A stretch of DNA of 24,000 nt from positions 45,484-69,483 of the forward strand of contig NZ_JACXAI010000015.1 of assembly GCF_014773385.1 (NCBI RefSeq), given 5' to 3'. Position numbers and translations under genes: made by a program. This stretch comes from Metabacillus arenae (GTDB lineage Bacteria > Bacillota > Bacilli > Bacillales > Bacillaceae). This document shows, in pieces, positions 10,461-18,678 of this stretch. How positions within the stretch are numbered: position 1 is the first letter of the stretch; the number at the start of each line of letters is the position of its first letter. The notes under the pieces are model-generated. The model worked only from the letters and a program-made list of their open reading frames with translations, did no database searches and had not been told where the DNA came from.

Positions 10461-10489
10461 ATTATATTTAATAATGTAACATAGGTCAA
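10461..10489 (-). promoter_or_regulatory. Sigma-A promoter (TTGACC-N17-TATAAT) for the small ORF and kinase-like gene
   Basis: The minus strand reads TTGACC (10484-10489), an exact 17-nt spacer and TATAAT (10461-10466). This predicts a ~175-nt leader. Confidence 0.65.
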
Positions 10490-10540
10490 ATCATCTAAAA
10501 TATACAGATGAAAAAGTCGGATTCCTTTATATTGCAAGGA

Positions 10541-11338
10541 TTAATTCAAAACCGAATCAATAATTTCTTCAAAACGATCACTTACCAAACTGCGGTTAGT
10601 AATGATATCGGTGTTTAATAACGTCATGTGACCCCGATGTTCATCTAAATCAAGCTTTTCAAGAATAGAGCCAAATGCTCCTTTACTCTTTTTATCTATT
10701 TCAAAATAAATGTCTGTTTCTTGTTCACCTTGGATAACATATACTTCAAGCTCATCAAGTTTATGTTGATATTTTCCATAGGATGGTTTGAATTCAAACT
10801 GTTGTACATATGGGAGGTGATTTTTGATACCTCGAGGAGTCGCTTGATTTTCCATTTGATAAAATCTAAATCCAACAATTTTTATTGCGTCCAATATGTT
10901 TTTATATACCTCTGAAGGTTCAACTGAAATGTGGTCTAAATCTTTTGGGTCAACTGCATTTTTTATATCTAATCCAGTTTCTATCCAAACCGGAGGAACG
11001 TTTTTGCCGGTTCTAGAGTCTTGCATTGTCATCGGTGTATGCAGTGGGAGCTTAAAACGGAAATGAATCTCTTTCACCTCTCGTTTCCCAATCGTTAAAG
11101 GATCATTCAATTTATGCTGATAAATTGGAACATGTGTTAGTCTGTCATTATCTTCATGACCATAGAGCGTCATTAAACGAAGATTAATAGAGTCAATATT
11201 CTGCTCCATATCTCCACCTTTTATTTCCACGACTCCTTCCAGAAAATCACCTTGCATAAATACAGAACTCTTCAACTTTGTATCAACCTTTGCTGCACCA
11301 ATTCCGATACTCGCAACTACTTTTTTAAATAAGGACAC
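10541..11338 (-). CDS. spo0M: Sporulation-control protein Spo0M
   Basis: The N-terminus SLFKKVVASIGIGAAKVDTKL matches the Spo0M/SpoOM family signature (recalled B. subtilis MSFFKKMLASVGIGAAKVDT...). The length is about 265 aa. GTG at 11338 follows AAGGTGA, whereas the track start at 11359 adds 7 residues. Confidence 0.8.
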   Translation of the reverse strand: MSLFKKVVASIGIGAAKVDTKLKSSVFMQGDFLEGVVEIKGGDMEQNIDSINLRLMTLYGHEDNDRLTHVPIYQHKLNDPLTIGKREVKEIHFRFKLPLHTPMTMQDSRTGKNVPPVWIETGLDIKNAVDPKDLDHISVEPSEVYKNILDAIKIVGFRFYQMENQATPRGIKNHLPYVQQFEFKPSYGKYQHKLDELEVYVIQGEQETDIYFEIDKKSKGAFGSILEKLDLDEHRGHMTLLNTDIITNRSLVSDRFEEIIDSVLN

Positions 11339-11561
11339 AAGAATCACCTTCATATTCATATTTTAAGCTTATGTCGTATACTACGGATTAGGTTAGAATT
11401 GGTTTCAATTTGTAAAAAACTATTTCATTACTATTTTATTTTTGTTAGACAATTGAGATCATTAATGGAATGGTGTCATGCATGGTGTAAGCGAATTTAG
11501 AAAATATCTGTATGACTAATCTGTATAAAAGTTCATTTTATTTTAGTTAATCAAAAAAAAT

Positions 11562-11570
11562 TGATATAAT
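11562..11570 (+). promoter_or_regulatory. Extended -10 promoter element (TGaTATAAT) upstream of the LLM oxidoreductase gene
   Basis: TG at 11562-11563 and TATAAT at 11565-11570. The -35 is weak (TTAGTT region). The element lies about 75 nt upstream of the ATG at 11646. Confidence 0.5.
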
Positions 11571-11645
11571 GCCAAGGTAATTAAATTTATCAAACTTTTT
11601 TCTGATAGATGAAAACAAATATATAAAGAAGGGGGACAAAAGGAA

Positions 11646-12665
11646 ATGTCCGATGTTCAACTTGGTAAAAAACAGCTAAATAATGTTCAATGGTCGGTTC
11701 TTGATTTAGCTCCGATTGTAGAGGGTGGTACGGCTGCTGAATCTTTCCGAAATACTTTGGAGCTTGCTCAATGTGCTGAAAAATGGGGCTATAATCGATA
11801 CTGGCTGGCAGAACATCACAATATGACCGGTATCGCAAGTTCTGCAACCTCTGTTGTAATTGGCTATGTAGCTTCAGGTACAAGTAAAATCCGTGTTGGT
11901 GCTGGTGGAATTATGCTTCCTAATCATGCGCCGTTAGTTATCGCAGAGCAGTTTGGGACCTTGGAATCTATGTATCCCGGTCGAATTGATCTTGGCCTTG
12001 GACGTGCACCAGGGACCGATCAGCTTACCGCTCGGGCCCTGCGCCGCGAGAATAGAAGCAGTGGTGAAGACTTTCCAGAGCAATTAAGTGAATTGCAATC
12101 ATACTTTAGTCCTTCAGGGAAAAAACATGTTCGTGCTGTTCCCGGAGAAGGATTGGATATTCCAATCTGGTTGCTGGGGTCAAGCGGTTTCAGTGCCCAG
12201 CTTGCCGGTCAACTAGGGCTTCCGTTTGCTTTTGCCAGTCATTTTTCCCCGAATAATACGCTTCCTGCTTTGCAAATATATCGGAGTAATTTCCAACCTT
12301 CAGAATTCCTGAAGGAGCCATATGCTATGGTTGGAGCGAATGTAATTACCGCTGATACTGATGAAGAAGCTAAGTGGTTAGCTACTTCAATGCAGCAGCA
12401 ATTTTTGCATTTAGTGCGGGGAAATCCAGGACAGCTTAAGCCGCCTGTTGAAAATATGGATGATTTATGGAATGATTTCGAAAAGGCATCGATCGACCAG
12501 CAGCTTGGAGGATCAATGATTGGAAGTCCTGAGGTCATAAAAGGTAAGCTAGAGGATTTTCTAAGAGCTACCCAGGCAGATGAGGTGATGGTTAATGCTC
12601 AAATTTTTGACCACAAAGCCCGTTTGCGGTCATTTGAAATTTTGTCAGAAATTGTGAAAAAATAA
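11646..12665 (+). CDS. LLM-class (luciferase-like) flavin-dependent oxidoreductase, YhbW/YwcH-like group
   Basis: WSVLDLAPI...[28 protein letters not shown]...[42 protein letters not shown] is typical of this luciferase-family subgroup. ATG follows AAGGGGGA. Confidence 0.85.
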   Translation: MSDVQLGKKQLNNVQWSVLDLAPIVEGGTAAESFRNTLELAQCAEKWGYNRYWLAEHHNMTGIASSATSVVIGYVASGTSKIRVGAGGIMLPNHAPLVIAEQFGTLESMYPGRIDLGLGRAPGTDQLTARALRRENRSSGEDFPEQLSELQSYFSPSGKKHVRAVPGEGLDIPIWLLGSSGFSAQLAGQLGLPFAFASHFSPNNTLPALQIYRSNFQPSEFLKEPYAMVGANVITADTDEEAKWLATSMQQQFLHLVRGNPGQLKPPVENMDDLWNDFEKASIDQQLGGSMIGSPEVIKGKLEDFLRATQADEVMVNAQIFDHKARLRSFEILSEIVKK

Positions 12666-12712
12666 ATATAGCATGTACCAGGTATCAATGGTACCTGGTA
12701 CCGCTATATTTA
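12664..12712. terminator. Bidirectional terminator between convergent genes
   Basis: AAATATAGC..GTACCAGGTA-tcaatgg-TACCTGGTAC..GCTATATTT forms a 10-bp inner and 9-bp outer stem. It overlaps both stop codons. Confidence 0.75.
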
Positions 12713-13900
12713 TAATAGAGATAAAAGAGCACCTCCAATAGCTCCTGTTAAAACAATGATCCAAGGCGACAGCTTCCAGTAGACTAGCAGGCTGAACAAA
12801 ACGGCTGCAAATGCAAAGTCAATTGGTTCTAAAATGGTGCTGGTCCAAATTGGATGATAGAAAGCTGCGATTAAAATCCCGACCACTGCTGCATTTACCC
12901 CCATTAAAGCCCCTTTTATCTTTGGATTGTGACGTAAAATTTCCCAAAAGGGCAAAGTACCTAAAACAAGAAGAAATGCTGGAAGAAAGATGGCTGCAGT
13001 TGCTAATAATCCGCCTTGCCAGCCATTCATAATTGCTCCTAGATAAGCTGCAAAAGTAAACAACGGTCCTGGTACAGCTTGAGCAGCACCGTAACCAGCT
13101 AAAAATGCTTCTTCACTTAACCAGCCGGCTGGAACAAATTCACGTTCTAGTAATGGTAATACAACATGACCACCGCCAAAAACTAATGAACCTGACCGGT
13201 AAAAGCTATCAAATAAGGCAATCCAATGTAATGAAGTAGCCTCTCTTAAAATGGGCAGAAGAACGAGTAACCCAAAAAATAGGGATAAACAGGCTATTCC
13301 AAATTTGCGGGAAACAGGGAAAAATAACTTAGATTTATCATTTTCCTTGTGGTGTTTATAGATAAGAAAGCCTGCTAACCCGGATAATAAAATCACACCG
13401 ACTTGTGTAAATGCTGTCTGCCATAATAAAGTGCCAACCAATGCAAATAAAGCAATAGATTTTCGCTGCAAATCAGGTGTTAATTTTTGAGCCATACCTA
13501 CAATAGCATGTGCTACTACAGCTACGGCAACTATTTTTAAACCGTGAATCCATCCAGCATCTTCAATATCGAGCCCTTGCATAATTAAAGCAAAAATAAT
13601 TAGAGCTATAACAGAAGGCAGCGTAAATCCAATAAATGCTAATATCCCGCCAAGTACCCCTGCACGCATAACGCCAATACCAATCCCAACCTGGGAGCTT
13701 GCTGGACCAGGTAAAAATTGGCACAACGCTACTAAATCAGCATAGCTTTTTTCATCTAGCCATTTTTTTCTGCGGACATATTCCTCATGGAAATATCCTA
13801 AATGAGCAATTGGTCCCCCAAATGATGTAAGGCCAAGCCTGGTAGATATGAGCAGTATTTCGATGAATGATTTGAAATCCCTCTTTGTTTTATTTGTCAT
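12710..13900 (-). CDS. chrA: Chromate transporter ChrA (long, two-CHR-domain form)
   Basis: LGLTSFGGPIAHLGYFHEEYV...QFLPGPASSQ in the N-terminal half and VFGGGHVVLPLL...AQAVPGPLFTFAAYLG in the C-terminal half. About 12 TM segments. ATG at 13900 lies 8 nt after GTGAGGA. The track GTG start at 13915 abuts the padR stop. Confidence 0.85.
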   Translation of the reverse strand: MTNKTKRDFKSFIEILLISTRLGLTSFGGPIAHLGYFHEEYVRRKKWLDEKSYADLVALCQFLPGPASSQVGIGIGVMRAGVLGGILAFIGFTLPSVIALIIFALIMQGLDIEDAGWIHGLKIVAVAVVAHAIVGMAQKLTPDLQRKSIALFALVGTLLWQTAFTQVGVILLSGLAGFLIYKHHKENDKSKLFFPVSRKFGIACLSLFFGLLVLLPILREATSLHWIALFDSFYRSGSLVFGGGHVVLPLLEREFVPAGWLSEEAFLAGYGAAQAVPGPLFTFAAYLGAIMNGWQGGLLATAAIFLPAFLLVLGTLPFWEILRHNPKIKGALMGVNAAVVGILIAAFYHPIWTSTILEPIDFAFAAVLFSLLVYWKLSPWIIVLTGAIGGALLSLL

Positions 13901-13915
13901 GCCGTAAATCCTCAC

Positions 13916-14224
13916 TTAGTCTATTATTTCTTTAAAAAGCTCATAAGCTTTTTGGCGTGCCTCAACCAAAACAGTAGTACCTTCCTCTGTTATGGAATAA
14001 TATTTTCTAATTTTACCTTCCACGTTCCGGTCCTCTCTTGTTAAAAGCCCATCCTTTTCCATTGTGTGTAAAATCGGATACAGTGTTCCTGGACTTATGT
14101 TATAACCATGTTCCCTTAGCTCTTCAAGCATCCAAGAACCAAAAATGGGGTGTTCTTTTGCGTGGTGGAGGACATGAATATGGATAAATCCTAGAAATAA
14201 TTTCCGTAATACTTTGTCTTCCAA
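13916..14224 (-). CDS. PadR-family transcriptional regulator
   Basis: FIHIHVLHHAKEHPIFGSWMLEELREHGYNISPGTLYPILHTMEKDGLL...KYYSITEEG is a PadR winged-helix pattern. It lies directly upstream of chrA. The start is uncertain: TTG at 14224 or GTG at 14236 (which overlaps the SD). Confidence 0.8.
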   Translation of the reverse strand: MEDKVLRKLFLGFIHIHVLHHAKEHPIFGSWMLEELREHGYNISPGTLYPILHTMEKDGLLTREDRNVEGKIRKYYSITEEGTTVLVEARQKAYELFKEIID

Positions 14225-14538
14225 AAAGCTAAGCACCTCCCAAATCTAATTTCGAAATCGGTATTCGATATTGAATTCCATAACAAAACAGTACCATGAT
14301 AGACCCGCTATTTCAACATCGTATAGTTAATTTACAACCCATTTACAAATGGCACAATAACCAGGATGTTATGTTTAAAGTTTGTATGAACCAGACCTCA
14401 CCATTATTATGAAACTGTAAGGTGGAGAGGCTTGTTTAGAATTTTACAAATATCATACTTAATATATTCGATACTTTTGACAAGAAGCGTTAGAGGGAGA
14501 AGAGTGAGTAGTAATATTGTCTCAATTTCATTTTTGTT

Positions 14539-14565
14539 AAAATCATAGTTGACATATCGGATTAA
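14539..14565. promoter_or_regulatory. Possible CymR-type operator overlapping the -35 of the ssuE promoter
   Basis: AAAATCATAGTTGACATATCGGATTAA matches 16 of 19 specified positions of the 27-bp CymR motif as I recall it (TAAWNCNNANTWNANNNATMGGAATTW). The motif is recalled from memory, so this is tentative. Confidence 0.25.
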
Positions 14566-14578
14566 TGTAGATTAAAAT
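14549..14578 (+). promoter_or_regulatory. Sigma-A promoter of the ssuE-yezD unit (TTGACA-N18-TAAAAT)
   Basis: TTGACA at 14549-14554 and TAAAAT at 14573-14578. This predicts a ~205-nt leader. Confidence 0.55.
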
Positions 14579-14722
14579 ACAAACAATTAATAAAATTCAT
14601 TTTCTTTCCATTTCATTCATTTTGGAAAGAAAATAAATGGACGTCACTTTTAGTCCTATTTTATATGAAATATAAAAGTGTGTAGTTTACAAAAAAATCA
14701 TCGTGCTAATCGGAAAACCGAA

Positions 14723-14766
14723 GGCTCCAGAACTTACTTCATGTAAGCATTGGGGCTTTTATTTTT
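14723..14766 (+). terminator. Leader terminator/attenuator immediately upstream of the ssuE RBS
   Basis: GGCTCCAGAACTTAC (14723-14737) pairs with GTAAGCATTGGGGC (14743-14756), with one 2x2 internal mismatch and two G-U pairs. It is followed by TTTTATTTTT (14757-14766) and ends 23 nt before the ATG. Confidence 0.6.
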
Positions 14767-14789
14767 CCAATCAGAAAGGAAGGGAACAA

Positions 14790-15332
14790 ATGAGTGATAT
14801 TGTTACGATTGCCGGCAGCCCATCTTTAGAGTCAAGGTCCTCCATTCTTTTGAGCTACCTTGGTAAGCTAGTGGAAAATGAAGGATTAAGCGTAAAAAAT
14901 ATTTCTGTTCTTGATGTCGACCCTGCTGTATTAATCAATGCTCAGGTACATCATCCTTCTGTCGTGGAAATTACCGAAAACATCCAAAAGGCAAAAGGAG
15001 TTATTATTTCTTCACCAGTTTATAAAGCAGCCTATTCTGGGGTTTTAAAAGCATTATTAGATCTGCTTCCCCAAGATATATTTAAAGGAAAGCCAGTCTA
15101 TCCGCTGATGGTCGGAGGAAGTAAATCCCATTTACTTGCAATCGATTTTTCTTTAAAGCCTTTATTAGCTACCTTACATGCCCAAACCATTTTAAGAGGG
15201 GTTTACCTTACAGATGCACAAATTGAAAAATCAAATCTATTAAAGCCGATTATTGACAGCGAATTAGAAGAAAGAGTAAACCAGCAATTGCATCAATTAG
15301 TTAAGATTTCAAAAAAACTGGAGGGGAACTAA
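14790..15332 (+). CDS. ssuE: NAD(P)H-dependent FMN reductase (SsuE family)
   Basis: IVTIAGSPSLESRSS...GVIISSPVYKAAYSGVLKALLDLLP is the flavodoxin-like FMN_red pattern. ATG at 14790 follows AAAGGAAGGGA. The track start at 14703 reads through the leader terminator. Confidence 0.8.
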   Translation: MSDIVTIAGSPSLESRSSILLSYLGKLVENEGLSVKNISVLDVDPAVLINAQVHHPSVVEITENIQKAKGVIISSPVYKAAYSGVLKALLDLLPQDIFKGKPVYPLMVGGSKSHLLAIDFSLKPLLATLHAQTILRGVYLTDAQIEKSNLLKPIIDSELEERVNQQLHQLVKISKKLEGN

Positions 15333-15515
15333 ATGGCCAATCTAAGCGAAGCAAAAACTCAGCATATTCTTTCTGCTTTAAAACAGATTGAATATGGTTC
15401 ATTACTAATCACGGTACATGATGGAGAAATTACGCAAATCGACCGCACCGAAAAAAATCGCTTTTTAAAAACGAAAGTAAGTCAATCTAAACGTAAAGCA
15501 AATGGAATTGGCTGA
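15333..15515 (+). CDS. yezD: YezD-family small protein (DUF2292)
   Basis: A 60-aa protein with the core YGSLLITVHDGEITQIDRTEK. It is translationally adjacent to ssuE and sits in a sulfur-metabolism context, as is typical for YezD. Confidence 0.65.
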   Translation: MANLSEAKTQHILSALKQIEYGSLLITVHDGEITQIDRTEKNRFLKTKVSQSKRKANGIG

Positions 15516-15577
15516 ATTGATAAGGGAATTGGTCGAAAAGCCTATAATACGTTGAAGTTTGTTCGACCGGTCATCCG

Positions 15578-15618
15578 GAGACACGAGTTCTATTCAATAG
15601 ACGGTGTCTCTTTTTTTA
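15578..15618 (+). terminator. Rho-independent terminator after yezD
   Basis: GAGACAC (15579-15585) pairs with GTGTCTC (15605-15611) and is followed by T7 (15612-15618). An additional 7-bp hairpin GGTCGAA/TTCGACC lies just upstream. Confidence 0.75.
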
Positions 15619-15794
15619 TTGGGCTATTCTCGCAAATCTTGAGCAGAGTTTATCACAACAAGCTCATAACAATTAGAAGGCAGTAGCAATTGACGAATCA
15701 CTAATTGAATTTGTAAATAGAGCTTTTCGAAGCAACCATAAGATTGGCGTGAGTAATTGAATTTTAAAAAAACCAAACAAAAGGGGAGAAAGGC

Positions 15795-17001
15795 ATGAAT
15801 CAAAGCATTGATAATGTTGAATTTGGTTGGTTTATCCCAACTACTGGTGATGGGAAATACATTGGAATAAAGCCGGAAAGGGAATCAACCTCGGAATATA
15901 TGGTTGAAGTTGCTAAAACAGCGGAAGAGGCTGGTTTTACTTTTGCTTTAATCCCAACTGGAGGAAATTGCCTTGATGCCTGGGTGGTAGGATCTGCGAT
16001 AGCTACTCATACAAAAATCCTGAAGTCTTTGGTTGCAATGAGACCCGGCCTGATAGCTCCTGTATTAGCAGCAAGGATGGCTGCTTCATTGGATGTCATT
16101 TCAGGAGGAAGGGCATTAATTAATGTCGTGACTGGGGGTTCGCCAAGGGATTTAACAGCAACGGGTGATCCGCTGGCAAACGATCACGATAGACGTTATG
16201 ATCGTACACTTGAATTTCTGCAAATTGTAAAAAAATGTATGGATTCACCAACCCAATCAACATCAAAGTGAATTTCTTGCAGGCAGGAAGACTGTGGAAG
16301 CTGAAGCTTCTCTTTATTTTAAAGGAGAATTCTATGAAATAGAGGGAGGAGCAAGCTATCCTCCGCCCATTCAAAAACCACATCCCCCGGTATATTTTGG
16401 CGGCAGCTCACTGGCAGGAAAGCGAACGGCAGCAGAAACGGCTGATGTTTACTTAATGTGGGCAGAACCACTGGAATGGATAAAACAGCAAATAGATGAA
16501 GTAGAACAAATCCGGTCTGAAGTAAAAGCAGATAAAGGAATTGATCGCCGCCTTCGATACGGTCTTCGTGCACAGGTTCTTGTGCGAGAAACTGAGGAGG
16601 AAGCATGGAGAGAAGCCTGGGAGATTATCAGCAAAGTAGATAAACAGGCGATTGAGCTTTCAAATCAACAATTTTCCCAAACGGATGCGACGAATCAACG
16701 AAGGCAAAATTCTCTTAGAGAACATTCAAAGAATGAAGATTATGTGATAGGACCGAATTTGTGGGCAGGTCTTTCTATTGTGAGGGGAGGGGGCTCTGTT
16801 TTACTTGTTGGAACGCCAGCGCAAATTTCTGATCGATTGATTGAATATATAGATTTAGGAATCTCTTCTTTTATTCTATCCGGATATCCCAACCTGGAAG
16901 AAGCAAAGATCACAGGCAATCTCCTCTTACCCTTAGTAAAAAAGAAGCTTGATGAAAGGAAAATAAGTTCTAAAATTCCAATTAAATCTCAACTCATTTG
17001 A
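15795..17001 (+). pseudogene. ssuD: Alkanesulfonate monooxygenase SsuD-like (LLM class), reading frame interrupted near 16229-16271
   Basis: ORF 15795-16271 encodes the SsuD N-terminal half (FGWFIPTTGDGKYIG...ALIPTGGNCLDAWV...LVAMRPGLIAPVLAARMAASLDVISGGRALINVVTGG...HDRRYDRTLEFL). ORF 16294-17001, in the +1 frame, encodes the C-terminal half (YFKGEFYEIEGG...KPHPPVYFGGSS...LRAQVLVRETEEEAW...GPNLWAGLSIVRGGGSVLLVGTP...FILSGYPNLEEA). Neither half would form a TIM barrel alone. Confidence 0.8.
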
Positions 17002-17018
17002 AAGAAAGGAGAATGATT

Positions 17019-17789
17019 ATGCCGCTTTTAAAGATCCATCAGCTTGACAAAAGATTTCAAACAGACAAAGGGGTAACTCACGCATTAAAAGATATTCATT
17101 TATCAATAGAAAAAGGAGAGTTCATTACCATTATAGGTCCAAGCGGGTGCGGAAAGAGTACGCTATTAAAAATTATTGCGGGGTTAGATGCTGACTATAA
17201 TGGTCAAGTCGGTCTAGACAAGAAACAAGTTACAGGGCCAAGTGTTGATAAGGGGTTTATCTTTCAAGAGCCCAGATTATTTCCTTGGCTTTCCGTAGAA
17301 AAAAACATTGCTGCAAACTATTCACTTAAAGATAAAAACATAAAAGAAAAAGTAAATGAACTCATCAAGCTTGTTCGGCTTGAAGGTTTTGAAACGTCTT
17401 ATCCGAAAGAGTTATCTGGAGGGATGGCGCAGAGAGTGGCCATTGCCCGTGCACTCCTGCGAAATCCAAAAGTACTTCTGTTAGATGAACCTTTTGGCGC
17501 ACTGGATGCTTTTACTCGGTCACATATGCAAGAAGTATTGCTTGATATATGGCAAGAAAATCGAACAACAATGATTTTTGTTACTCATGATGTTGACGAA
17601 GCGGTCTATCTGGCAAACCGTGTGATTATTATGAATGCAAGGCCCGGGTCCATTCGAAAGATCGTGAAAATTGATTCTCCATATCCTAGAAAAAAATCAA
17701 CAAAATCATTTCAAGAATATCGCCATTTGGTTTTAAATGAGTTTGAAAAAGTCGAAGAGCTTGAGCTAATTAATAGTGCAGGAATTTAA
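17019..17789 (+). CDS. ssuB: Sulfonate/nitrate/taurine-type ABC transporter ATP-binding protein (SsuB-like)
   Basis: Walker [10 protein letters not shown], signature LSGGMAQR, Walker [12 protein letters not shown] and H-loop VTHD. ATG at 17019 lies 7 nt after AAAGGAG. The track TTG start at 16998 overlaps the ssuD stop. Confidence 0.85.
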   Translation: MPLLKIHQLDKRFQTDKGVTHALKDIHLSIEKGEFITIIGPSGCGKSTLLKIIAGLDADYNGQVGLDKKQVTGPSVDKGFIFQEPRLFPWLSVEKNIAANYSLKDKNIKEKVNELIKLVRLEGFETSYPKELSGGMAQRVAIARALLRNPKVLLLDEPFGALDAFTRSHMQEVLLDIWQENRTTMIFVTHDVDEAVYLANRVIIMNARPGSIRKIVKIDSPYPRKKSTKSFQEYRHLVLNEFEKVEELELINSAGI

Positions 17790-17804
17790 TGGAGGTGACG
17801 AAGG

Positions 17805-18653
17805 ATGAGTCAAAAAGCAGAATGGCTGTCTACGAGAACAGACGAAAAAGAGACGATCATTAGAAAAACGATTCAGAATCAGCAAAAAAATAAGAAAGGG
17901 ATCGTACTCATTAGAGGTTTTATTTTCCCAATCTTTGTTCTGGTTGTTTGGGAATTAGCAGGATTTATGGGAGCAGTATCCGAGAACATGCTGCCCCGTC
18001 CCAGCGAAATCATGACCACATTTATAGATTTAGCTGCATCAGGGAATCTATTATATCACTTTCAGGTAAGTTTATTTCGAGCTTTGGGAGGTTTCTTAAT
18101 AGGAGGAAGCCTTGGTCTCTTTGCTGGTTTGGCAGTAGGTTTTTCTAAGAAAGCAGAGCATACCTTTGATCCGACCATGCAGATGCTAAGAACGGTTCCT
18201 ACCCTGGCGGTCATTCCTTTGTTTATTCTTTGGTTTGGTTTTGGAGAAGTTTCAAAGCTGCTCTTGATTGCGAAGGGAGCTTTCTTTCCTTTATATGTGA
18301 ATGCATTTCTCGGTATACGCAGTGTAGATAGCAAAATGTTTGAAGTATCAAGAGTTCTGGAATTTAGCAAGTGGAAGCAAATTACAAATCTTGTATTACC
18401 ATCTGCCCTTCCTAATATTCTATTAGGTTTGCGTCTAGCCCTTGGGACTGCCTGGCTGGCACTGGTAGCTGCAGAGCTCATGGGTTCAAGTGAGGGGATT
18501 GGTTATTTAATCATGGATGCCAGACAGTTTTCACAAACCTCTATTGTATTTGTAGGAATTATTATTTTTGCAGTGTTTGGCAAAGCATCTGACTCATTTG
18601 TCCGGCATTTTGAGAGAAAGCTCCTCAAATGGCGGGATAGTTTTCAAGGGTAG
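17805..18653 (+). CDS. ssuC: Sulfonate-type ABC transporter permease (SsuC/TauC family)
   Basis: BPD_transp_1-type permease with 6 TM segments and an EAA-like loop (GIRSVDSKMFEVSRVLEFSKWKQITNLVLPSALPNI). ATG follows GGAGGTGA. Confidence 0.85.
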   Translation: MSQKAEWLSTRTDEKETIIRKTIQNQQKNKKGIVLIRGFIFPIFVLVVWELAGFMGAVSENMLPRPSEIMTTFIDLAASGNLLYHFQVSLFRALGGFLIGGSLGLFAGLAVGFSKKAEHTFDPTMQMLRTVPTLAVIPLFILWFGFGEVSKLLLIAKGAFFPLYVNAFLGIRSVDSKMFEVSRVLEFSKWKQITNLVLPSALPNILLGLRLALGTAWLALVAAELMGSSEGIGYLIMDARQFSQTSIVFVGIIIFAVFGKASDSFVRHFERKLLKWRDSFQG

Positions 18654-18678
18654 AATCATAATGAACGAGGTGAAAAAT

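Noticed and set aside
14700-14725. Possible SAM-I (S-box) riboswitch in the ssuE leader, because of GTGCTAAT
   Set aside because: Only this short fragment resembles the S-box. The conserved GGAGGGACTGGCCC-type P2/P3 elements and the kink-turn are absent, so it is not an S-box.
16211-16281. Gene-60-style translational bypass or RF2-style +1 frameshift at the ssuD break
   Set aside because: The stop codon lies at the end of the 58-nt gap, not at the take-off site. The AAG-TGA context does not allow tRNA re-pairing in +1, and no stimulatory SD-like element precedes it. Mutation or sequencing error is far more likely.
16120-16634. Antisense ORFs across the ssuD junction (16120-16383, 16319-16606, 16449-16634)
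   Set aside because: They are antisense to sequence that translates convincingly as SsuD, and have no RBS or family resemblance. They do not explain the frame break.
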